Assembly (NCBI RefSeq): GCF_028641065.1
Contig: NC_073393.1
Coordinates: 38,688,001 to 38,752,000, forward strand
Origin: Leucoraja erinacea
Taxonomy: Eukaryota
Reading direction: 5' to 3'
DNA length: 64,000 nucleotides
Both the position numbers and the translations under genes were made by a program. Every line of letters starts with the position of its first letter. Positions within the stretch are counted from its first letter, which is position 1. Shown piece after piece: positions 1 through 12,577 of the stretch. The notes under the pieces are model-generated. The model saw only the letters and a list, made by a program, of their open reading frames with translations. It had not been told where the DNA came from and made no database searches.

Positions 1-69
1 AGTGATGTTGCCTGACCTGCCGAGTTACTCCAGCATTTTGTGGCTTTCCTTAATAAACCAGCATCAACA

Positions 70-960
70 CGTCCTTGTTCCTACAGCTTAACATCAGTAG
101 CAAGGAAGATACTGGAAACAATTCTGAAGCAGAGGATTAATGATCATTTTGAGAAGCAGGCACTGATCAGAGTCGGCAAATGTGGCCTTGTCAAGGGCAG
201 ATCATCTCAGATCAATTTGATTCAAATCTTTGAAGACAAAATATATCAATGAGGGCAGGACAGTAGATGCGATTTACGCTGACTTCAATAAGGCCCTTTG
301 ACAAGGTCCTAGATGGGATCCAGAGCAAGTTGGCAAACTGGAACCAAAATTGGTTTGGCAATAGGCAACAGAGGGTGATGTAGGAGGACTTTTTTTGTGA
401 ATGGATGTCTGTAACAAGTGGTGTCCCACAGGATCAGGATACCCAGTGAATGACTTCAACATGGATGCAGGAGGTATGATAATTTTGGAAATGACATGAA
501 AATTGGCAGGGTTGTGAATAGTATGATAGGTAGTCTTAGTCTGCAGATAGTAGTAGTGTTGAAATGGGCTGAAAAATAGCATTTTGTGAGAACTAATGAG
601 ATGAGGCTATACACCAAGAATGGTAGGGACTAATGGAGTATTGAGGAACAGAGGGGCCACAAGTACAAGTACAAGTCAACATCCTTTGTATTGGCAGCAC
701 ACAGCATGCTATAGGAAGGACATGACAGCATTAAAACAGTACAGAGTAGATTCACCAGGACATTGCATGGGATGGAGAATTGTGTTTATGACGAGAGACT
801 GGAGAAACTAGGTTTGTTCACCATGGATTGGGGGAGGTTAATAGATGGAGGCATATAACATTACGGGGTATAATAAATAAGGTAAACTACAGGAAACATT
901 TCTCCTCGAGGACATAGATTTTATGGAAGAGGATTCTCCAAAGACCAGTGGAGTCATTGA
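70..960 (+). mobile_element. Old CR1-like LINE fragment
   Basis: YSLTSVARKILETILK...GLVKGRS..INLI.IFE, followed by degenerate DFNKAFDKV and GVPQGS. Confidence 0.7.
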
Positions 961-2726
961 ATCAATAGGAGAGTCGGGGTTTATGGGAGTCTAGGGCTAT
1001 GAAGAATATAGAATCAGAAGAAGGGTCTCGACCCAAAACATCACCCATTCCTTCTCCCCAGAGATGTTGCCTGTCCCACTGAGTTACTCCTGCTTTTTCT
1101 TATTGTAGGATTTTCTGCTTCTCACTTGTCCTTGTAGCCTTAGTCACCAGCACAGTCAGTCATCTTATCCACTTCTGTAACCTACCTATACCTCTTTGCA
1201 AACTTTTTGCATCTTCTTTGCTGCTCAAATTCCCATCAATAAACAGAAAACTTTGTTGCACACTGCTTTTTAATCTAAATTATAACTACCTGAAATACTC
1301 TGTGTAATTTACTGCTAACTTGAGAAAAAAATTATTACAACTGTGCACTCTTATGCAAGCAAAATGGCCTTGGTGAAATGACTTGTCGAATGCCAAATAA
1401 GATATACTATATCAACTGTGAATGAAAACCAAAAACACTCAGCAGAATAAGAGCAAAGTGTACTGCTGATTAAGCATCATCGATGGTAGGAGAAACAATT
1501 GATACGTTACCCATTCCTGAGTGTCTCCAGCATTTTCTGTTTTTATGCAAATGTATTCACTTGCTCCTTTTAAAATACCCTGCCAGTTAATTCTCAAAAA
1601 TCCCCCAACATTAGTCAAAAGCAATTTTCTCTTCATAAAATGATACTGCCTCTGTTTGGTCAGAGTGTGACCAAAGATTTTTTTATTTAAAGCCTTGTTA
1701 CCAATGTCCTTAGTATTGGAGTCCAACATGTTGCCAACAATTGGTTAACAATTTAAAGATACAGCATGGAAACGGGCCAATGAGTCCACGTTGACCATTG
1801 ATCATCCAGTCACACAAGTTTTATGTTATCCCACTTTCGCATCCAATCCCTACACACAATGAGTAATTTACAGAAACTAACTAACTTGTAAGACCACATC
1901 TTTGGGATGTGGAAGGAAACCAGAGCACCCCAGTGAAATCCAACTGGTCACAGGGAAAAATTGCAAACCCCACACAGACATCATACAAGATCAGGATCAA
2001 AATATCTGTTAAGACAGTTTCACAAAACTGGAAGAAAACACTGTTACCAGTCGTCCAATTTTAGACACAAAGCTGGAGTAACGGGACATACAGCATCTCT
2101 GGAGAGAAGGAATGGGTGATGTTTTGGGTCGAGACCTATTTTCAGAGCAATTTTAGTTCCCTTATTTTCTCCACAACGATGTTAATGACAAGTGCCATTA
2201 AACCATCACTGACATGAATCCATTCACTTCTATTTTAACTCAGTTTACTGTATTTACATCTTCTGAGAAGTGGCCTTTGCTATTTCTAAAATAAGCACAA
2301 TATTTTTTTCCTTTTAGTTACATGCTTTCTGCCAGCTTCTATTTTAATGCATTTGCAAAATCGCGGTGTTTTTAAGTGAATTCTTGCTGGATGACCATAA
2401 CTTAAAACAGTTAACTCCCTCGTTAAATCTGTTCACCATGTGATATGCAGCCGTTTTTTTAAATAACAAAAATCAGACGGGATTAACAGCATTGCCCCGT
2501 CTACCCAACCGCCCAGAGAGTTGTGAATCTGTGGCATTCTCTGCCACAGAAGGCAGTGGAGGCCGATTCAAGATTCAAGAGAGTTTATTGTCATGTGTCC
2601 CAGACAGGACAATGAAATTCTTGCTTTGCTTCTGGGTGTATTCAATAGATAGTTAGATACAGCTCTTAGGGCTAACGGAATCAAGATATATGGGGAGAAA
2701 GCAGGAACGGGGTACTAATTTTGGAT

Positions 2727-2914
2727 TTTGTTGAGAAGGAATTGCAGATGCTTGAAAATCGAAGGTACCCAAAAAAGCTGGAGAAACTCAGCGGGCGCAG
2801 CAGCATCTATGGAGCGAAGGAAATAGGCAACGTTTCGGGACGAAACGTTGCCTATTTCCTTCGCTCCATAGATGCTGCTGCGCCCGCTGAGTTTCTCCAG
2901 CTTTTTTGTGTACC
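2727..2914. repeat. Fold-back Penelope terminal-repeat insertion with a 14-bp flanking duplication
   Basis: 75-bp arms at 2763-2837 and 2841-2915 with 1 mismatch. tactaattttggat at 2713-2726 and 2915-2928. Confidence 0.8.
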
Positions 2915-3000
2915 TACTAATTTTGGATGATCAGCCATGATCATATTGAATGGCGGTGCTGGCTCGAAGGGCCGAATCCTGCACCTATTTTCTATGCTTC

Positions 3001-3150
3001 TACCCTAACCCACCACTCCCCCTACCCTCCTTCACTCCCTCCTACCATACTCCACTCCCTCCTACCCTACTCCACTCCACTCCCTCCTACCCTACTTTAC
3101 TCCCTCCTACCCTACCGCCCCCTGCCCATCCACTCCGACCCCACCCCAGC
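3001..3150. repeat. C-rich low-complexity tract (CCTAC/CTCC units)
   Basis: Runs of cctcctaccctactccact directly visible. Confidence 0.8.
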
Positions 3151-3198
3151 CAACACAAAGCGCTGAGAGGATGAATGGGGTTTGCGCGCCGCTCCCAC

Positions 3199-3275
3199 CT
3201 CGTGGCCGAGACCGCCGCCGCCGCCGCTGCCTCGTACAGCGGCTCTCCCGGGTAGTCGTCCTCCACCTCACACAT
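3199..3275 (-). CDS. CTU2: CTU2 (cytosolic tRNA 2-thiolation protein 2) coding exon 1; the rest of the gene was not found and probably lies left of the window
   Basis: GCGCCATG start gives MCEVEDDYPGEPLYEAAAAAAVSAT(R), similar to the human N-terminus MCQVGEDYGEP. AG|GTGGGA donor at 3198. Head-to-head with RNF166 as in human. Confidence 0.8.
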
Positions 3276-3637
3276 GGCGCGGGTCCGCTCACCGGTCACC
3301 AGCGCCAGCCGATAAATCAATCGGAAGAAACCGATTAAATATTACTCCTTGCTAACACTTGATTATTATTATTATTTTTTTTTTGCAAGTGTCTTTCGTT
3401 AAAACCGCTGCGCTGTTCGCATTGAGCGGCCCCGTCCACCAGTGCCGCTCCTCTGCAGCGTGGCCGCGTCTGATAACAACACGGGTTTGACAAAGCAAAA
3501 TGTCGGCGTTTCCGTAGAAACAGGTTGGGTTCCAGGCCGTCGATGACGTCGGGTTGTTGTGGGCGACGCGGTGTGATGACGCGTAAGCCGCTCGGGTGTC
3601 GCGGGCTGATGATGACTGTTTAGGTTGTGGAAGGCAG
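3276..3637. promoter_or_regulatory. Bidirectional CpG-rich promoter and 5' UTR region shared by CTU2 and RNF166
   Basis: 362 bp between divergent ATGs, within a CpG-rich zone of about 3180-4100. CRE-like TGACGTC at 3544-3550 and TGACG at 3577-3581. Confidence 0.75.
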
Positions 3638-3783
3638 ATGATGGCGATGTTTCGGAGTTTCGTCTCCGGGAATCAGACAAAACAAGCGGCGGCATCGGGG
3701 GATAACTTGGCCGACACGTACAGCTGCCCGATCTGCCTGGAGGTGTACTACAAGCCGGTGTCAATAGCAAGCTGCGGACATGC
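3638..3783 (+). CDS. RNF166: RNF166 E3 ubiquitin ligase exon 1 (first half of RING); conserved Met at 3641
   Basis: MMAMFRSFVSGNQTKQAAASGDNLADTYSCPICLEVYYKPVSIASCGH matches human MAMFRSLV...CPICLEVYHRPVAIGSCGH. GC|GTGAGT donor, phase 2. Confidence 0.96.
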
Positions 3784-5104
3784 GTGAGTTGGTGACGGGG
3801 AGCCGTGTGTGTGTGTGTGTGGATCGGTAGACAAATAGTGGCGGTCTGGGGATGAGACAATGGCTGTGTGTGTGTGTGTGTGTGTGCAGCCGAGGGGAAG
3901 TTCACCTGTGTTTGCCAGCAGCGAGCCTTCAATGAGCCGGCGGGAGGAAGGTCATCTTGCCCCTCCACAGGAATTTGCGGTTTCCTGTCTTGCTTAAAAT
4001 GCGTTTTGTGGAGGATGTCGTGAAGTTCTTGTGAAGCTAATTCGATGGCGTCATCTTCACTGTGGGATCGGTGGTGCATGTTCGGATGCACGGCCAGACC
4101 ACACGGAGGCTTCTAACTGCTTGTTAGGTCAACACAGCGGTGCAATTAATGGCTTTTAGACACCTACTGCTTGATCCGAGACAGCGTTTTTATGGAAGAT
4201 TTGATATTTATTTTATTAATTTTAAAAAACATCACACCCTCTTGTTTTGTGGACGTGTTTAAAAACAAACGTGACCGTAATTTTGAAGTTCGTGGTGCTT
4301 ATAACAAGTGTTTCACATGAGCGCCAGTGCGTTTTTAATATGTAAATCCATTGTTGTTTCTTCTACCTTCCCATATATCTGATTATTGACAAACCTTGAT
4401 ACAAAATAACCATTGCTCGTCGTGCATTTATGAAAACCCGTTTAATTTAGCGACAAGCAGAAAATTATAAACAATACTACACCCGCGATTGGACATACCT
4501 GTAGTATGTCCAAAACCAACCAGAAATTGCTGGAAATCTGACTTTCTGTTAGTCTTGATCCCAATTAAGTATTGCTGATCATCTAGCAGATTTTAAGTTT
4601 CTAAATGGATCCTCACAGTTCTATGTCGTCCTGTCAGACTTAAATGGCGTGTATGAAATGCTCTGACGAACTGAGTTGACAGATCTTTCAATGGATACTG
4701 ATTTGAGCAGCTGAGGTCCAGGAATTAGTGGATTAAATTGGCAAAGAGTAGTATGAAATATTCTGTGACAATGAGTAACGAGAGGTAAAACAAATATGCA
4801 AAGGTGACACTTGGGAAAAGAAAGTGTGAATATCTTGTTCTAATTTGTTTATTATTAGGTATTGATTGCCTCAAAGGGAAAAAAAACTAATGCGTGATGA
4901 GATTACTTGTCATTATATATTGATTTTGCAATGTCTGCATTCCATTTTCATTGATTTCTCAACAGGATTTATCTGACAATAACAAAATCAGTTTTCTCTA
5001 TAGGTAATACAGTTATATAGGATTTCTCAATAAAATATGTACCCTCAATTGCTTCAATACATTTTATGAAATTAATTGTTTCTTACTATATATTCATATA
5101 TTGA

Positions 5105-5395
5105 CGCAGAGGTGTAACTGGTAGAGCAGCTGCCTCGGCGCCAGAGACCTGGGTTTGATCCTGATCTCCAGTGCGGAGTTGCCTGTGACTGGGTTTCCTT
5201 CAGGCACTCCAGTTTCCTCCCACACTCCAAAGACATGTGGGTGTGTAGGTTGATTGGCTTCTGTAAATTGCCCCTTGTGTGTAAGGAGTCGGTATAGAAA
5301 GTGGGATGACCAAGAACTAGTGCGAACGTCTGATCAATGGTCTGTGTGGATTTGATGTGCCAAAGGGCCTGTTTCCATGCTGTATCTTTAAACCA
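5105..5395 (+). mobile_element. Same SINE family, diverged
   Basis: Aligns to 12259-12577. Confidence 0.75.
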
Positions 5396-7361
5396 AGGAA
5401 TCTGTTTTCACTTTTTGCTTTTAATCATTTGAAGCAACATGTATTATTTTGAAATAATGTAGATTCTGTGTCTCCAGGATGTTTTAAGGGAAGTGCCCCT
5501 GACTGATAATGACAGAAACAACCATTATCAGTTCATGTTTAGGAAGGAACTGCAAATGCTGGTTTACACCGAAAATGGACACATAGTCATGAAGTGACTC
5601 AGCGGGACAAGCAGCATCTCTGGAGAAAAGAAATGGGTGATGTTCTGGTCAAGACTTTTCAGATGGTCTGAAGAAGGATCTGGACCCAAAACGTCACCAA
5701 TTCCTTTACTCCAGAGCTCCTACCTGACCTGACCCCGAGGTACACCAGCATTTTGTGTCTATCTTCATTATCAGTTGATAATGTATTTGTACGTGTGGTT
5801 AGCTGAGTTTTCATATCACACATGCTTTCATACAGGGCATTAAGAAAAATAAAGACTCAAGCACGGCAAAGTTCCTTCAGTGTTTTCAAGTTTTCTATTA
5901 CACTTAAGGTTTTCAACATTTAATTAGTATACTGAATTCCTCTAGCAAGCATACATTAATTATTCACAAGTACATATTTACAAATAAACACCAGGAATCC
6001 AAGGGATGTATTTTTATTTTACATTTTCAGAATAGTACTAATGAATACATATCGAACAGTTTACTGGCGTAATAAATATATTATGAAACGGAACTAGAAA
6101 ACACACAGTTTTAGCATTTGTATATAATGAAACAAGGTCAATTAATAATTGCATTGTGAAGGGCTCAGTAGGAAAATGGGAACATTTTACATGGATTTTG
6201 AGAGTGACACCTATTGCAAATAAGTAAATGCAAGAACACATGCAAATAGGAGCAGTATCACGCAGTTTGGCTTCTCAAACCTTCCCTGTCTCCATCCTAC
6301 CCCGCCATTCAATATGATCATGGCTGGTTTATCCCAGATCTTCCTCCTCTGTACCAGATGCAGATGGCGCTTAATTGCCCAATCTTTCTACAAAGAAATA
6401 ATTCATAATTATAAATGATGCATTCCATAACTTGGAGAATGAAATGGTGACTATCGTGGTAGCAATGGGAGTCGGCGAGCCTATTGTGAGTATTGGGTGT
6501 TAGCCTATTCCTGAAATGGAATTGAATGTTCCACAGTCATCTGTATACATTCCCAATTTCCGGGTTTACCATTCAAGGAAGGTAATTACTGACACAGCTG
6601 AAGATGAAAGTGCCAAGGACAATACCATGAGAAACTTCTGCAGTATGCCTTGGAGTTGAGATGATTGACCACTGACCACAACCTTCTTTCTTTGAATGGG
6701 ATATGACTTCAGCCATTAGAGAGAGTATTTAACCTTTGATGCCAATTTACTTCAGTTTTACCAGGGTTCTTGATGCCATGCTATCTTTGTATCAAGAGCA
6801 GTCATTCCTGCCTCCTCTCTGCAATTTGTTCTCCAATCCATGTTTGGATCAAATTGCGATAAGGCACTGAGTGGACCTAACAAAACTCACTGGCCATAGT
6901 CTGCAGGTCAATGGTGAGTATGTGCTACTTGGTAGTGTTGTCATCTTCGTCTTTTGTCGCAATGCCAATGAAACAGAGCAGACAATTTTGGGTGGTAATT
7001 AGACAGGTCCTGCTTTCTGTGAACAGGACGTGTTGCCAATTTTCCACATCAACAGATAGTTTTATTTACCATTGATGCAACAATACTGGAACAACTTGAC
7101 TAGAGAGGCAGCTGGTTCTGGAGCACAGCTCTTCAGTTCTACAGCTGGGATGGGTTTGTTTTTTTTTAGTTCTGCATTCTTTGCAGTATCCGTTACTGTT
7201 TCTTGACAACACATGGAATTAATTCAATTGGGTTCAGATTGGCTTTAATGTTGGGGATCTTAAACAGGATGTAGCGTCTGCTGGGCAGTTCTGGCTGAAT
7301 AAGGTTGCAGATGCTTCAGCCTTGTATTTAGCAGTGACTTGTTAGAACCAACTGCCCCCCC

Positions 7362-7394
<33 letters not shown>

Positions 7395-9699
7395 CCCCCC
7401 TCCCCACCCCAACCACACAAACATCAAGGCTGGAGATGTGTGCTACTTCTTCCCTGTAGCTGTTGAATTATGTACCGCCACTCGTGGCTGGATATGGTGG
7501 ACCTGTAGATCTTTAATAACAAATTAGTTGAATTGATACCATTTCAAACCATATAGCATATGTTGTGACTGCAGAGACAATAGGTGAAAGTGTGATATTT
7601 CCACAAGGTCATTCATATATTTGGCACTTAGTGCAACTTGTCAATAGAGTGAAGTAAGCAACTACGGAGAGGTTCCCTTCAGTGTTTCAGGTGAAGCTGC
7701 TGTTACCTTGCTGAATGGGTTAGATCATTATTCATTGTGCTGTAAACAGGCTCAGAGCCAGTTCATGGACTTTTATATCAGGGAGCATCAGTTTTCTGCA
7801 TCATTTGTTCCTGTACCCTAGAAATCAGGTTTAGTGATAGACTAAAAAGGTGATTCAGTTATAGCTGTGACATCTGTGATCCATATGAGAGTAAACAATG
7901 AGTCATGTGACATTCTTCCTGATCAGTGTTGATTCCCCAAGTCAGCAAGAGAGGGATATCTCTGGCCTGTGAGGTGGGCCAGTCTGGCACACATACATAG
8001 CAGGCCTTTCTTGTTAGTGAGACCTCTCCTCCTCCTCCTCTCTGCTAATGTTTCCTTTTGCTGAAAATTAAATTAGAATTGTGCCCTCGTCATAGCCACT
8101 CTGTCACTGATGTAACCAAGTGCAAGGTCACACTCTGTAGAATATTACAGGTGTACCCCCTAAAGTGTCTGGTCAGCATGGTCACAATTGGAGGAACTGG
8201 CGTGTAGTTAGGACTGTGGCTCTTTCCCAAAGATGTTGGCCTTCTTTCTCTCCATAATGATCCTCTGACCATTTCCTCTTGCTCCTAGCTGTGCTGAAGG
8301 CCTAGTAGGAAATGAGTAACAAGTACAGTTGAGCACTCTTTTAGCCTCTTTATTTAAGCCCTTTTAAGAATCATCTCTTTCTGACTCCAAAACAAAGCTA
8401 TAAGCAGTCTGAAGAAGGGTCTTGACCCATAACATCACCCATTCCTTCTATCCAGAAATGTTGTCTGTCCTGCTGAGTCACATCAGCATTTTAAGTGTAT
8501 CTGGTTTAAATCAGCATCTGCAGTTCCTTCCTACAACAAAGCTATTAGTAGACACAAAATGCTGGTGTGTAACGCAGCGGACAGGCAGCATCTGTCAACT
8601 CAGTAGCTCAGCGGGACAGGCAGCATCTCTGGATAAAGCTATTAGTAGTTTTAAATGGTAAAATGCTGTGCATGGTGCTTTGTTAAAGTACAGTTTTGTG
8701 TGAATGGCCGATGTTGTATTTTTGTTAATGAGGTTCATGTGGTAGCATCTTAGTTGAGAGGCTGTCAATGATTATTTGTAGGGATCTGTATTATCAAGAC
8801 ATACTCTGCATGCTGCTGTACATGCACGGAAGTGCCTGCACCATTTTCTCACTGCAAAGAATGCGCTGTGTTTGCACATTAACCAGATTATTCACTTGTG
8901 ATGCATATATGTTGTACAATGCAAGACAAAACTGAAAGGGAAAAGTTTTTTTTTCAAATGGTGACAGATTTGCAAATATTATATCGAAGAACATGGAGTA
9001 CTATTCATTATTTTGGCCTCTTTGCTTGAATAAGAATGAAAAACTGGCCCAAGAGACTGCAGTTGCTGTAGCCTGGTGCAAAATAGGAAAGCTGCTGGAG
9101 GAACGACGTGGGGCAAGCATCATTTGTGGAAGGCAGTGGACAGTCAATGCGTTGGGTCATCTATTTAGAGTGGTGAGAGCCCCTTGCAATATCAGCAGCT
9201 TGATGGATGGTGGGCACAGGAATGGTCTCTTCCCAAATTGTTGACCATCCATCTCTCTCCACCGATGTTGCCTGACCCGCTGTGTTCCCTTAACAGCTTT
9301 CTCTTTTTGACATTGAAAGGATGTTTGCTCGGGCTTCAGATATATCAAGGACTTACTCAGAGGGCCATCGGGTTATAGATGCTCAGCTTGTGCATATTTA
9401 TTCAAGATTGATTGGGATTTCTAGATTATTTGGATACTGGAACTAAGGATAATTAGGATCAGGTGCGAAAGTGGAGTTAAGGTAGAGTATCATGCATGAT
9501 TGATGGCAGAGCATATTTAAGGGATTATATAGCCTATATCTATTTGAATGATAATAAGAACACCTGGGTATCCAATTGCAAGCAGTAACAATCAAAATTG
9601 GGCAGGTAATAGTGTGAAGTGGTGTGTTAACCATGTACTGTGAGCAAAGAAAATAATAGGGGGACACAATATATATTTAGTTACGGCCAAGGGCGACCC

Positions 9700-9987
9700 A
9701 GTAGCCCAGGTGGCAGAACAGCTGTCTCACAGCGCAAGAGACCAAAATTGATCCTGACCTCAAGTGCTGTCTGTCTGGAGTTTGCACATTCTCCATTTGA
9801 CCACGTGGGTTTCCTCTGGGTTCTCAGTTTCCTCCCACATCGCAAAGACATGCTGGTTTGCAGGTTAATTGGACTCTGTAAATTGAACCTGATGGATGTA
9901 AAACATAGAACTAGTGTGAATGAGCAATCGATGGTCAGCATGGACTCACTGAGTCGAAGGGCTTGTTTCCATGCTGTATCTCTTAAG
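9700..9987 (+). mobile_element. Same SINE family, diverged
   Basis: Aligns to 12259-12577. Confidence 0.75.
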
Positions 9988-11269
9988 ATAAATTTTCCAC
10001 GTCATTTCAAAAAACATGGAACTGAATTATGTCTCCTACATCACCATGCAGGGCTAGAGTGACGTTATTAATTTGCTGTGCCTGTAAATGATAAACTGAA
10101 GGCACAAAAACTGCATATGATACGGCGTGCAGTATCTTCAGATTCGCTCTTTAAACACATGAGATTAGAACAATAATTTAACTTTGGCACCTAAATGATA
10201 TCCTAAAATGCTCATTGATCACAATGCAATACAAGAGAACGCAGGGAGAAGATTTTAAAATGTGGGAGTAAAGTAATTGTGTAAACTAATAAGCACTGTT
10301 TCACAAAGAACTGCTGATGCTAGTTTAAACTGAAGATAAAGCTGGAGTGACTCAGCGAGACAGGCAACATCTCTGGATAGAAGGAATTAGGTGACGTTTT
10401 GGGTCGAGACCCTTCTTTAGACTGAGAATCAGGGGAGAGGGGGACACAGATATATGGCTATAATAAAAAAAACAAGAACCAATAAGCACTGTTTGCCCTC
10501 ATGGCTGAGTACCCATAAATTGGAAGGAAAATCTGACCTGAGAAAATACAGTTGTGTATTCTCGCCCATTCTTGGGAAACAAAACAGGTTGAAAATCATA
10601 AAATACTTAACTCAAATGCCCTAAAATGCAATAATTTTATGAATATTTAATGAATAATTACCAGCACAAAAAATGATTAATATTACAGTTGTATGCTATA
10701 ATTTTATTGCTTGGCTGTCCTTGGCAACAAACCCCTTCAAAAACCTTTTTTTTGTGCCAGGGATATCATCTTCATGCATTTGCTGTATTTTAGTGACTCG
10801 TTAAAAAAAAAAACTGACGAGTTAATGCCTTGCCATCTATTGCAAAGTCATTTTTAATACACCCACATTTCACTTATCTAATATCACAAAAAGTAGATAA
10901 AATAATCTGTTTAGAGAAGGCTTTTCCCAGTATATGATTATGTCATCGCTGCAAAGAACCCAAGGGTGACAAATGTTGGTGAGAATCAAGGATAATTTTT
11001 TATCAGGTTGTTTCTCCTTTCATAAACAAAAAGTAAGTTTGACTCTTCTGTTGTACCTTTGTTCCAGGTATGTGTATGTATTATAGATCTTCTAAAATAA
11101 AACTATTCCCACAGAGCTTTTGGATAGGAGTCCCAGTGTATAGCCCTAGCAGAAATGAAGGACCTATGACATATTTCCATATCAGCGTGGTCTGCATATC
11201 TAGAGGGAATCGCATGCAGAATGCAGGATAGTTAGAACTAGGAAATTAATATCTCGCTTTATAGTGACA

Positions 11270-11565
11270 TCGGAAATTGGAGGAACAGCACCTCGTATTC
11301 CGCTTGGGGAGTCTGCATCCTGCGGGCATGAACATTGAATTCTCCCAATTTTGTTAGCCCTTGCTGTCTCCCTCCCTTCCTCAGCCCTTGGGCTGTCTCC
11401 TCCCATCCCTCGGCCCTCGGGCTCCTCCTCCTCCTTTTTCCTTTCTTCTCCCCGCCGCCCCCGATCAGTCTGAAGAAGGGTTTCGACCCGAAACGTTGCC
11501 TATTTCCTTCGCTGTATAGATGCTGCTGCACCCGCTGAGTTTCTCCAGCATTTTTGTGTACCTTC
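11270..11565 (+). mobile_element. 5'-truncated Penelope-like element with hammerhead motif
   Basis: RKLEEQHLVFRLGSLHPAGMNIEFSQFC-stop; hammerhead core at 11470-11497. Confidence 0.85.
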
Positions 11566-12258
11566 ATGCTTTATAGTGTCGGCAAGGAAGATAAGGAATT
11601 TTGTATGAAGAAGGATTGCCTTTGCTGAGATAAAATCATCTATTGATGAGAGAAAATATTATGAAGCTAGGCAGGCTTTGAGACTCGGGTAACACTGAGA
11701 AGTAAAGAGAATTAATAGCTCATGGAAATTAGTGTATATGCTCCCTGAAAGGGGCAGAGAAGAGATAGAATGTAACATTTCAGACAATGTTCTTGCACTT
11801 GACAAAAATAGTGGTAGCTAAATGGGGGGTTTAACATTTACATGGATAGGAATAAGTTTTTTGAGTGTGCAACATTTTTTCAGAACCAAGAAGAAGGCAG
11901 GCTACATTAGATCTAGAAATTGATAATGAACTATATTTATTGTGCTAATGATGTGTGAATACTTATCAAGTAGTTATCACGATGTGAGTGTGTTCATCGT
12001 AACTTTCATTTGAAAGAGAAATGTGATAAAGTTAGTGAGATTTCAGATATATGCAGAGTTGACTTCTTTGCAGTGTGGTAAAACTGTTACTGCTAAACTT
12101 AGAAGATCTGTTAATGGGTAAACAACATAAGCTAGGTGGGAGAAGTTCACAAAAACAATTTTAGTTTGATCCAGGATCAATTTATACCCTAAAGTTGATA
12201 AAAGCTCAATTTGCAAATAAAAACCACAAGTGACTGATGAAATAAAGGGCAGTACAAA

Positions 12259-12577
12259 GGGCGGTCACGGTGGCGCAGCGGTAGAGCTGCTGCCTTGCTG
12301 CGCCGGAGACCCGGGTTCGATCCCGACTACGGGTGCTGTCTGGGCGGAGTTTGTACGTACTCCCCGTGACTTGCGTGGGTTTTCTCAGAGATCTTCGGTT
12401 TCCTCCCACACTCCAAAAACCTACAGGTTTGTAGGTTAATTGGCTTGGTAAATGTAAAAATTGTCCCTGGTGGGTGTAGGATAGTATTCATTTGTGGGGA
12501 TCGCTGGTCGGCGCGGACACGGTGGGCCGAAGAGCCTGTTTCCGCACTGCATCTCTAAACTGAAACTAAAACTAAAA
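12259..12577 (+). mobile_element. Near full-length tRNA-derived SINE (HE1/V-SINE-like)
   Basis: A box TGGCGCAGCGG at 12271, B box GGTTCGATCC at 12314, central ggtttcctcccacactccaaa, CR1-type tail gggccgaag.gcctgtttcc..tctctaaact. Confidence 0.85.

Noticed and set aside
1-3198. CTU2 exon 2 (expected KCxKCK...GDAFCR)
   Set aside because: No convincing match. A candidate near 1190-1230 lacked the motif.
3399-4091. 230-aa minus-strand ORF
   Set aside because: Antisense shadow of the RNF166 CpG island, exon 1 and (TG)n repeats; no recognisable domain.
12259-12330. tRNA-like A/B box sequences
   Set aside because: These are SINE heads that continue into the SINE body and tail; there is no complete cloverleaf.
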